DNA of 64,000 nucleotides from an uncultured Gluconobacter sp. (GTDB lineage Bacteria; Pseudomonadota; Alphaproteobacteria; Acetobacterales; Acetobacteraceae): NCBI GenBank assembly GCA_937880175.1, contig CALFLO010000176.1, positions 4,177 to 68,176 of the forward strand, read 5' to 3'. Shown piece by piece: positions 55,300 to 64,000 of this stretch (position 1 is its first letter; each line of letters starts with the position of its first letter). The notes under the pieces were generated by a model. It saw only the letters and a program-made list of their open reading frames with translations, ran no database searches and was not told where the DNA came from. The position numbers and the translations under genes were made by a program.

Positions 55300-56481
55300 T
55301 CAGTCCGTCACCCCGGTATCCGGGCCGAACGTCTCGTAACGCAGGCGCTCGGCCGGAATCCCGGCGTCCGGCAGGCCGTGCACCATGTCACGCATGAAGC
55401 CTGTCGGACCACACAGATAGGTCGAGACCCCACCCGGTAGCTGCTCGGCCACCCAGGCGGCGGTCGGGTGCCCGTCTTTCTCTGTCAGGCGCGTGATCAC
55501 CCGGATGCGTCCTACAGAGTTGCGGGACAGCTCCGTCAGACGCTCCGCAAACGGTGCGGTCTCTGGGGAATGGGCGACCTGCACGACATGCACGGGTGTC
55601 GTGACGCCGGGGTGGGCCAGCGCTTCCAGCATCCCGATCATCGGCGTGATCCCGATCCCGGCACAGACGAACGCCAGCGGTCCTTCGACCTTCTCCGGCA
55701 GCACGAAATTGCCAGCAGGCGGCGACAGCAGAACTTCCGTCCCCTCACAGTTTCCACTGTTCAGCCAGCCTGAAACCGCGCCGTTCGGCACATGACGCAC
55801 ACTGATGCGATAGTTCTTCCGGTTCGGGTTGGACGTGATGCTGTAATTGCGGCGCGTGCGGCCATGGCCCGGAATATCCAGATCAACCCCCAGATACTGC
55901 CCCGGAACGGCGCTGATGACCGGCTTGCCGTCCACAGGTTCCAGTTCGAGGGACGTGACATTCGCACATTCCGGCACGGCGCGGGCAATGCGGAAGGACC
56001 GCCAGCCCGTCCAGCCGCCTTCGGCATGGGCGCTGCCGTCATAAAGCTGATGCTCACGGCCGATCAGGATATCGGCCAGCGCCCAGTAGGCTTTGCCCCA
56101 GGCGTCAAGGATTTCCGGCGTTGCGGCATCGCCCAGAACGGCCGAAATCGCGCCGAGCAAGGCCGTGGCGACATGCGGGTAATGCTCCGGCTGGATTTCG
56201 AGGCTGGCATGTTTCTGCGCGATCCGTTCGACCGCTCCGCCCATCACGCCCAGATTGTCGATGTTCTTCGCATAGGCCAGCACGGCCATGGCGAGCGCCC
56301 GGGGCTGCGTGCCTGTGGACTGGTGCGTGGGGTCGAACATTTCCGCAATCGCGGGATCGGCCAGAAGGCGGCGGTACATTTCGGACGTGATGGTCACGCC
56401 ATGGGCTTCGAGTGCCGGGATGGTCGCCTTGATGATGGCGATGGTCTCGGGTGTGAGGCTGCGGTCGGCGGAAGTGGACAT
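55300..56481 (-). CDS. hmp: flavohemoprotein (nitric oxide dioxygenase)
   Basis: An N-terminal globin (IIKATIPALEAHGVTITSEMYRRLL) fused to an FAD/NAD(P) reductase module (RRNYSITS, FVCAGIGITP). Confidence 0.93.
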   Translation of the reverse strand: MSTSADRSLTPETIAIIKATIPALEAHGVTITSEMYRRLLADPAIAEMFDPTHQSTGTQPRALAMAVLAYAKNIDNLGVMGGAVERIAQKHASLEIQPEHYPHVATALLGAISAVLGDAATPEILDAWGKAYWALADILIGREHQLYDGSAHAEGGWTGWRSFRIARAVPECANVTSLELEPVDGKPVISAVPGQYLGVDLDIPGHGRTRRNYSITSNPNRKNYRISVRHVPNGAVSGWLNSGNCEGTEVLLSPPAGNFVLPEKVEGPLAFVCAGIGITPMIGMLEALAHPGVTTPVHVVQVAHSPETAPFAERLTELSRNSVGRIRVITRLTEKDGHPTAAWVAEQLPGGVSTYLCGPTGFMRDMVHGLPDAGIPAERLRYETFGPDTGVTD

Positions 56482-56495
56482 GAGCGGTCCCCTTA

Positions 56496-56518
56496 AAGGT
56501 GTATTTGAAATACATCTT
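56496..56518. promoter_or_regulatory. NsrR operator (23-bp inverted repeat)
   Basis: AAGGTGTATTT-G-AAATACATCTT lies in the hmp/nsrR divergent region and matches the AAGATGyATTT-n-AAATrCATCTT type consensus with one arm mismatch. Confidence 0.6.
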
Positions 56519-56561
56519 TAAAAACGTGACCTGCGCCTGTCAATCTGGCAGAGGAGTCGCC

Positions 56562-57014
56562 ATGCGCCTGACACTGCACACCGATTACGCCCTGCGCGTG
56601 CTGATCCATCTTGGCGTTCACACGTCACGACGCGTCTCCATCCGCGAGATCGCGCAGGCTTACCGTATTTCCGAAAACCATCTGGTGAAGGTCGTGCACC
56701 GTCTGGGGCAGGGCGGTTTCGTCACGACCGTCCGCGGGCGCGGCGGCGGGCTGGAACTCGCCCACCCGGCTTCGGAGATCAATGTGGGCGCGGTCGTCCG
56801 CTTCACCGAAGACGACATGACGCTGGTGGACTGCGAAGGCCGCAACAGCACGGACGGGCGGCCCTGCGTCCTGTCCCCGGCCTGCGTTTTGCGTGGTGTG
56901 CTGGGTGATGCGCTGGGCGCGTTTCTGGCGGTGCTGGACGGCTATACGCTGGCCGATCTGCTGACGGGACGTGAAGCCGCCCTGCTGGGGCTGACCGCTC
57001 CTCCCGAAGACTGA
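56562..57014 (+). CDS. nsrR: Rrf2-family NO-sensing repressor
   Basis: 150 aa counted from MRLTLHTDYALRVLIHL. It has three C-terminal Cys (CEGRNSTDGRPCVLSPAC) and SD GAGGAG. Confidence 0.85.
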   Translation: MRLTLHTDYALRVLIHLGVHTSRRVSIREIAQAYRISENHLVKVVHRLGQGGFVTTVRGRGGGLELAHPASEINVGAVVRFTEDDMTLVDCEGRNSTDGRPCVLSPACVLRGVLGDALGAFLAVLDGYTLADLLTGREAALLGLTAPPED

Positions 57015-57116
57015 GCCAGAAAATCGGGGATTTCCGGAATGTGAATGGACCCTTCTGCGCGCCCGTGCGTCATTTCGGATGAACGCAAAAACAGGCACAG
57101 ATCCGAGGAGCCCCAT

Positions 57117-57971
57117 ATGAGCCAGCAGAATTTCCGCAGCATCCTGACCGGATCGTTCTCGACGCCCTGCGATGACAACCCCACCGTCGCCATGATCGAG
57201 GCCGCCTACCAGCACCATGACATCGATGCGCGTTACATCAACTGTGACGTCAAGGCAGACGGTCTGAAGGACGCCGTGGCCGGTGCGCGGGCCATGGAAT
57301 GGGTGGGGTTCAACTGTTCCCTGCCGCACAAGGTCGCGGTGCTCGAGCATCTGGACGAACTGGCGGAGTCCGCCCGCATTATTGGCGCGGTGAATTGTGT
57401 TTCCATCCGAAAAGGCCGACTGATCGGTGACAACACCGATGGGAAAGGCTTTCTGGCGTCCCTGAAAAAGGTCGCGGATCCGTCAGGGAAAAAGGTTCTG
57501 CTTCTGGGCGCGGGCGGGGCCGCGCGCGCCATCGCCGTGGAACTGGGGCTGGCGTCCGCTGCCCACATCACGGTCATGAACCGCGATCCCAAAAAAGCCG
57601 AAACCATTGCCGCACTGGTGCGGGACAACACGTCCGCCAGGGCGGATGTTCAGGTCTGGGACGGTGAAGCCAGCGTGCCGGACGACGTGGACATCCTGAT
57701 CAACGCGACCTCCATCGGTCTGGGCGATGCGGACGCCATGCCCCCGCTCAAGGTCGAGACCCTGCGCAAAGGATTGATCGTCGCCGATGTGATCCCGAAC
57801 CCACCCAGAACGCGTCTGCTGCGTGAAGCGGAAGGCAAGGGCTGTACGGTGCTGGATGGGCTTGGGATGCTGGTCAATCAGGGCGTGATCGGCGTGGAGC
57901 ACTGGCTGGGCAAGACGCTGGACGCCGGGGTGATGGAGAAAACCCTGAAGGATATTTTCGGCGCGGCCTGA
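57117..57971 (+). CDS. aroE: shikimate dehydrogenase family protein
   Basis: 284 aa counted from MSQQNFRSIL. Motifs FNCSLPHK, GDNTDGKGF and LLLGAGGAARA. Confidence 0.75.
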   Translation: MSQQNFRSILTGSFSTPCDDNPTVAMIEAAYQHHDIDARYINCDVKADGLKDAVAGARAMEWVGFNCSLPHKVAVLEHLDELAESARIIGAVNCVSIRKGRLIGDNTDGKGFLASLKKVADPSGKKVLLLGAGGAARAIAVELGLASAAHITVMNRDPKKAETIAALVRDNTSARADVQVWDGEASVPDDVDILINATSIGLGDADAMPPLKVETLRKGLIVADVIPNPPRTRLLREAEGKGCTVLDGLGMLVNQGVIGVEHWLGKTLDAGVMEKTLKDIFGAA

Positions 57972-58028
57972 CATAAAAAAACCCGGTGGCTCCGAAGAGG
58001 TCACCGGGTCTTCGTGATCCTGAAAAGA

Positions 58029-59171
58029 TCAGCGTCCGTCGAAGAAGTCGCGGACCTTGGCGAAGAAGCCGCTGTTTTCAGGGCTGCCCTTGGCGTGGTC
58101 GTCCCCGGCTTCCTTCTCGAACTCTTCGAGAAGCTCACGCTGGCGCTTCGTCAGATGGCTCGGCGTTTCGACCGAAACCTGGATGTACATGTCCCCACGC
58201 GCCGAGGAGCGCAGGACCGAGAAGCCCTTGCCGCGCAGACGGAACGTCTCGCCCGTTTGTGTACCAGCGGGGATGCGGACCTTGCTGCGGCCGCCATCCA
58301 CAACCGGAACCTCGACTTCCGTGCCCAGAGCCGCCTGCGTCATGCGCAGCGGAACGCGGCAGTAGATGTTCGCCCCGTCGCGCTGGAAAATGTCATGCGA
58401 TAGGACGGAGATGTGAACATACAGGTCGCCCGGCTGCACGCCTTCACCACCGGCCTCGCCCTTGCCCGCCATGCGGATGCGCGTGCCATCCTCGACGCCA
58501 GCCGGGATATCGATGCTGATGGTTTCCGTCTTCGCTTCCGTGCCGGTTCCATGACAGACCTTGCACGGATTGCTGACGGTCCGTCCCGAACCATGGCAGG
58601 TCGGGCAGGGGCGCTCCACGAGGAAGAAGCCCTGCTGCGCCCGGACCTTGCCCGCACCATGACAGGTCGGACACGTGCTGCTGCCGGCATTGGGATCGGC
58701 CGAACCTGAACCATGACAGGAGCTGCACGCCACGCGGGTGCGGACCTCAACGTCCTTTTTCACGCCCGTGAAGGCTTTCATCAGCGTGATTTCGACCTGA
58801 ACCTGGACATCCGCCCCGGTCCGGCGTCCACCACCCCGACGGCCACCCATCATGTCGCCGAACATCTGGTCGAAGATGTCGCCCAGACCGCCAGCACCGG
58901 CAAAACCACCCCCGAAGCCGCCGCCTGCTCCGCCCATGCCGCCTTCGAAAGCATCATGGCCGTACTGGTCATAGGCGGCGCGCTTCTGCGCGTCCTTCAG
59001 GACCTCATAGGCTTCGTTGATTTCCTTGAACTTCTGCTCGGCGGCGTCGTCACCCGGGTTGCGGTCGGGGTGAAAGCGCATGGCCTGCTTGCGGAAAGCT
59101 TTCTTCAGCTCGTCCGGCGAGGCCGTGCGGGAGACTTCAAGGGATTCGTAATAGTCGATTCTGGTGGCCAT
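58029..59171 (-). CDS. dnaJ: molecular chaperone DnaJ
   Basis: J domain with HPDRNPGD, a G/F region, and four CxxCxGxG zinc motifs. Confidence 0.97.
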   Translation of the reverse strand: MATRIDYYESLEVSRTASPDELKKAFRKQAMRFHPDRNPGDDAAEQKFKEINEAYEVLKDAQKRAAYDQYGHDAFEGGMGGAGGGFGGGFAGAGGLGDIFDQMFGDMMGGRRGGGRRTGADVQVQVEITLMKAFTGVKKDVEVRTRVACSSCHGSGSADPNAGSSTCPTCHGAGKVRAQQGFFLVERPCPTCHGSGRTVSNPCKVCHGTGTEAKTETISIDIPAGVEDGTRIRMAGKGEAGGEGVQPGDLYVHISVLSHDIFQRDGANIYCRVPLRMTQAALGTEVEVPVVDGGRSKVRIPAGTQTGETFRLRGKGFSVLRSSARGDMYIQVSVETPSHLTKRQRELLEEFEKEAGDDHAKGSPENSGFFAKVRDFFDGR

Positions 59172-59218
59172 GGTCGGTCCTTGGGGCGTTCCGGAAGGCG
59201 GTCCCTGTTATGGGCCGG

Positions 59219-59301
59219 AAAAACAAGAATGGCGCCCACCCCCTTGCGGGAACGGGCGCCCTCGGAAAACAGGGCCGGACGGAGCGTTCAGCCCCGTCCG
59301 G
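59219..59301 (-). terminator. two tandem hairpins between dnaK and dnaJ (partial terminators or attenuator)
   Basis: On the minus strand: CCGGACGG-(11)-CCGTCCGG followed by CCCTGTTTTCC, then GGCGCCC-(16)-GGGCGCC followed by ATTCTTGTTTTT. Confidence 0.45.
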
Positions 59302-59314
59302 AAATGTCACCCGA

Positions 59315-61219
<1,905 letters not shown>

Positions 61220-61321
61220 GTAATATCAGTCCTCTCAGCGGTCCGTCCCGGCCCTGTGAGGCACCGGATCGGACCCTATTGACGCATACCAGACCCTCAC
61301 GGGCCTGTGTTCCGACTACTG

Positions 61322-61350
61322 ATCTAGGCAACGGCGCAAGGTCTTTCAAG
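61322..61350 (-). promoter_or_regulatory. candidate RpoH (sigma32)-type heat-shock promoter of dnaK
   Basis: The minus strand reads CTTGAA-(16 nt)-CCTAGAT, about 100 nt upstream of dnaK. It resembles the alphaproteobacterial CTTG-N17-CYTATNT, but the spacing is one nt longer and there is one mismatch. Confidence 0.3.
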
Positions 61351-61490
61351 CACTTGGACGACACATTTCGTCGAGAATGTTCTCTTCGCCGGGCCGGAAG
61401 GGGAAGATGGCTGTTTCCGATACGGACATCGCCCTCTAGTAAGGTTGGGCCTTCCGCTTTGCCTGCCAATGGGACAGTCTCCACACAGCC

Positions 61491-62651
61491 ATGCCGAATC
61501 ATCTTTCCTTTCGTGCCCCGCTGATGGCTGCCCTGGCCATTTGTTCCGCAACCGGCCTTTCCGCCTGTGGTCCGATAGGGCCGGGAAAACTGCGCGACGA
61601 CCAGCTCGAATATTCCCGCGCGCTGGGTGACAGCCAGAAGCACGAGATGCTGCTGAATATCGTCCGGCTGCGTTACGCAGATCCGCCGACCTTCCTTGAT
61701 ACGACGCAGGTGATTGCGGGTTACAGCGTCTCCAAAAGCGTCAGTGGCGGGTTTTACGCTTATCCGGCCACGGCGGTCGGGAACTACCTTTTCGGCACGG
61801 GCACCATGTCGATGGGTGAAAGTCCCACCTTCACCTACCAGCCCGTAACGGGGCAGCAATATGCCGAGAACGTGGTCCGCCCGATCTCGCCGACGGTCAT
61901 CATGCCGCTCAGTCTCGGTGGGCTGCCGATCGACACGCTCCTGCGTCTGACGGCGCAGTCCATAGATGGACTCTCCAATGTCCGGGGGCTTGGCTCAGGT
62001 CCCTTCGGCGGCGGCTCCGTGCGGTTCTACCTGCTTCTGCACGATCTGCGGCAGTTGCAGATCCAGGGGGCGATGACCATCCGCATCACGACCGAAAGCG
62101 CCACGCCGCCGGACCCCAAGAAAAATGGCGGCAAGGCGGATAGCGGGAACGGCGGCGGTGGAGGAAACGGCGGCGGAGCGGAGCGGTCCTATCTGGTGCT
62201 GACCTCGACATCCGACAGCAACCTCCTGGCGATCCAGGCCGAGGTGCGCCGCCTGCTGCATCTCGATCCGGGAGCCGAGGAAGCCGAGATCGTTTACGGG
62301 CCGTATCCCAAGCATCCCGGCAAGCAGATCGCGATCCTGACGCGCTCGATGCTCGCGATGCTGACGCAGCTCGCTTACGAGGTCGAGGTGCCGGATGATG
62401 ACATCAAGACCGGCCGTACTCCGCCGACGATCGGGCAGGTGGGCATCGAAAACCGGCCCGAAGTCGTGATCCATTCGGGTAAGGAAGAGCCGGACAGTCG
62501 CTATGCCGCGGTCAGCTACAACAATACCTGGTTCTGGATCAGTGACCGCGATTTCCAGAGCAAACTGGCCTTTACGATGGTGCAGGTTCTGGCGGCCCTT
62601 GCGGCCACAAATCATACGGGCGGAGCGGTCGTGACAATCCCTGCCGGGTAA
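61491..62651 (+). CDS. hypothetical lipoprotein (386 aa)
   Basis: Lipobox in MAALAICSATGLSAC. It has an internal Gly-rich insert ([22 protein letters not shown]). I recognise no domain. Confidence 0.7.
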   Translation: MPNHLSFRAPLMAALAICSATGLSACGPIGPGKLRDDQLEYSRALGDSQKHEMLLNIVRLRYADPPTFLDTTQVIAGYSVSKSVSGGFYAYPATAVGNYLFGTGTMSMGESPTFTYQPVTGQQYAENVVRPISPTVIMPLSLGGLPIDTLLRLTAQSIDGLSNVRGLGSGPFGGGSVRFYLLLHDLRQLQIQGAMTIRITTESATPPDPKKNGGKADSGNGGGGGNGGGAERSYLVLTSTSDSNLLAIQAEVRRLLHLDPGAEEAEIVYGPYPKHPGKQIAILTRSMLAMLTQLAYEVEVPDDDIKTGRTPPTIGQVGIENRPEVVIHSGKEEPDSRYAAVSYNNTWFWISDRDFQSKLAFTMVQVLAALAATNHTGGAVVTIPAG

Positions 62652-62751
62652 TAAAAGTAACGATCATTTGAAATTACTGAAATGCAACCGTGGTATCACA
62701 CGCGTTTGTTAGAATAATATTCAGCATTATTGAAAAAGAACCGTAGCTTTC

Positions 62752-62784
62752 CTGAAAGTCTGGACTTACCGTCCGGACTTTCAG
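62752..62784 (+). promoter_or_regulatory. 14-bp-stem hairpin in the sldB 5' leader
   Basis: CTGAAAGTCTGGAC-ttacc-GTCCGGACTTTCAG (one G-U pair). It ends 18 nt before the sldB ATG and just upstream of the SD GGAGG. Confidence 0.35.
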
Positions 62785-62802
62785 TTCTGGAGGCTTTCAC
62801 CA

Positions 62803-63183
62803 ATGCCGAATACTTATGGCAACAGGACCCTGACCGAGTGGCTGACAGTGCTGCTGGGGGTTGTCATCCTTCTGGTGGGGCTGTTCTTCGTGATCGAGGG
62901 CGCTCAGCTCGCGATGCTGGGTGGCTCCGTCTACTACGTTCTGTGTGGCATCCTGCTGGTCGCCAGTGGCGTCTTCATGATCATGGGCCGCACACTGGGC
63001 GCATTCCTGTATCTGGGCGCACTTGGTTACACATGGATCTGGTCCCTGTGGGAAGTGGGCTTCAGCCCGGTTGATCTTCTCCCGCGCGATTTCGGCCCGA
63101 CGCTGCTGGGTATCCTTGTTGCCCTCACCATCCCGGTTCTTCGCCGGATGGAAACCCGCCGTACCCTGAGGGGAGCCGTCTGA
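62803..63183 (+). CDS. sldB: small hydrophobic subunit of the membrane-bound PQQ-dependent polyol (glycerol/sorbitol) dehydrogenase
   Basis: 126 aa with multiple TM segments (LTVLLGVVILLVGLFFVIEGA...). Its stop overlaps the sldA start (TGATG). Size and arrangement match Gluconobacter sldBA. Confidence 0.85.
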   Translation: MPNTYGNRTLTEWLTVLLGVVILLVGLFFVIEGAQLAMLGGSVYYVLCGILLVASGVFMIMGRTLGAFLYLGALGYTWIWSLWEVGFSPVDLLPRDFGPTLLGILVALTIPVLRRMETRRTLRGAV

Positions 63184-64000
63184 TGCGCAGATCCCATCTT
63201 CTCGCCACCGCCGCCTGTGCCACGCTGGCCTGCGCTCCGCTGGTGGCCAATGCCCAGTTCGCTCCCGCAGGAAGCGGCGGTTCGCCGAGCTCTACTGTAC
63301 CCGGCCCGGGCAATGGTAATGCTTTCGAACCGACCGCGAATTCACCCGCTGCGACGAGCCGTTTTTCCGGCCCTTCGCCCTACGCCCCGCAGGCACCGGG
63401 TGTGAACGCGGCCAACCTGCCGGATATCGGATCCATGGATCCGAACGACGTCCCGCAGATGGCCCCGCAGCAGAGTGCCGCTCCCGCACAGGGGGACTGG
63501 TCTGCCTATGGCCGTGATGACAATCAGACGCGCTATTCGCCGCTTTCCGAAATCACGCCGCAGAACGCCGATCAGCTGCAGGTCGCCTTTCGCTACCATA
63601 CCGGCAGCTACCCGCGTCCGGGACAGGTGAACAAATGGGCTGCCGAAACCACACCGATCAAGGTGGGTGACGGTCTCTATATGTGTTCGGCGCAGAACGA
63701 CATGATGAAGCTCGACCCGGCGACGGGTAAGGAGATCTGGCGTCACAACATCAATGAGAAATACGAATCCATCCCCTACACCGCCGCGTGTAAGGGCGTG
63801 ACGTATTTCACGTCGTCGCAGATCCCTGAAGGGCAGCCCTGCCATAACCGTATCCTTGAAGGCACGCTCGACATGCGCCTGATCGCGGTTGATGCCGCGA
63901 CCGGCAATCTGTGCGAAGGCTTCGGGCATGGCGGTCAGGTCAACCTGATGCAGGGCCTTGGCGAGTCCGTTCCTGGTTTCGTGTCCATGACGACGCCGCC
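63183..64000 (+). CDS. sldA: PQQ-dependent polyol dehydrogenase large subunit (5' part; continues beyond the window)
   Basis: The frame is open to the window end. Signal peptide MRRSHLLATAACATLACAPLVANA, then quinoprotein N-terminal motifs WSAYGRDDNQTRYSPL and LRLIAVDAATGNLCEGFG. It is absent from the ORF track because no stop lies in the window. Confidence 0.9.
   Translation, partial: MRRSHLLATAACATLACAPLVANAQFAPAGSGGSPSSTVPGPGNGNAFEPTANSPAATSRFSGPSPYAPQAPGVNAANLPDIGSMDPNDVPQMAPQQSAAPAQGDWSAYGRDDNQTRYSPLSEITPQNADQLQVAFRYHTGSYPRPGQVNKWAAETTPIKVGDGLYMCSAQNDMMKLDPATGKEIWRHNINEKYESIPYTAACKGVTYFTSSQIPEGQPCHNRILEGTLDMRLIAVDAATGNLCEGFGHGGQVNLMQGLGESVPGFVSMTTP

Noticed and set aside
62730-63074. 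114-aa plus-strand ORF overlapping sldB in another frame
   Set aside because: The sldB frame (126 aa, multi-TM, SD GGAGG, TGATG coupling to sldA) explains the region. The alternative frame has no translation signals.

Overview
The window is a high-GC chromosomal segment that looks like an acetic acid bacterium. The gene content (sldB/sldA PQQ polyol dehydrogenase, GH68 levansucrase, a stand-alone sucA, ETF plus ETF-QO) points to Gluconobacter or a close Acetobacteraceae relative. All homology calls were made by eye from the translated ORFs, with no database search. I support about 55 protein-coding genes, including 3 small ORFs missing from the track and 2 genes cut by the window edges. There are 2 tRNAs (Lys-UUU and Pro-CGG), several intrinsic terminators, and a few operator or promoter candidates. 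I saw no rRNA, CRISPR array, transposase, integrase or prophage genes. Most of the window is housekeeping: uvrA, ssb, ppiB, coaD, gyrA, arfB, asd, murQ, hemH, lepB, etfAB plus ETF-QO, trmB, metK, dapB, dnaKJ and aroE. It also carries a urate/purine catabolism cluster (puuE-uraD-uraH-permease, guaD), two TonB-dependent receptors, and two stress-regulator pairs (HxlR/azoR and hmp/nsrR). Two accessory loci stand out. (1) At 14.5-17.7 kb there is an orphan TibC/Aah-type autotransporter heptosyltransferase. It is convergent with, and overlaps, a 12-TM possible GT-C-like membrane protein gene that is coupled to a bitopic partner gene; no autotransporter is present in the window. (2) At 27.7-30.8 kb there is a TTG-initiated 1025-aa protein with no signal peptide. 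It consists of two 338-aa-period passenger-like tandem units, a Hint (hedgehog/intein-like) autoprocessing module, and an unrecognised 205-aa C-terminal domain. I speculate that these two loci form one system, a heptosylated, self-cleaving, non-autotransporter surface protein; this is the most novel candidate in the window. Smaller observations include a promoter-to-terminator unit (candidate sRNA or attenuator) and a 16-bp-arm hairpin in the levansucrase leader. The conserved N-terminus of trmB has no canonical start codon and lies in frame directly behind the metK stop. A 12-bp perfect hairpin could sequester the SD of a cupin gene. A 47-nt REP-like palindromic element occurs twice. UvrA carries a C-terminal tail with an AT-hook-like motif.
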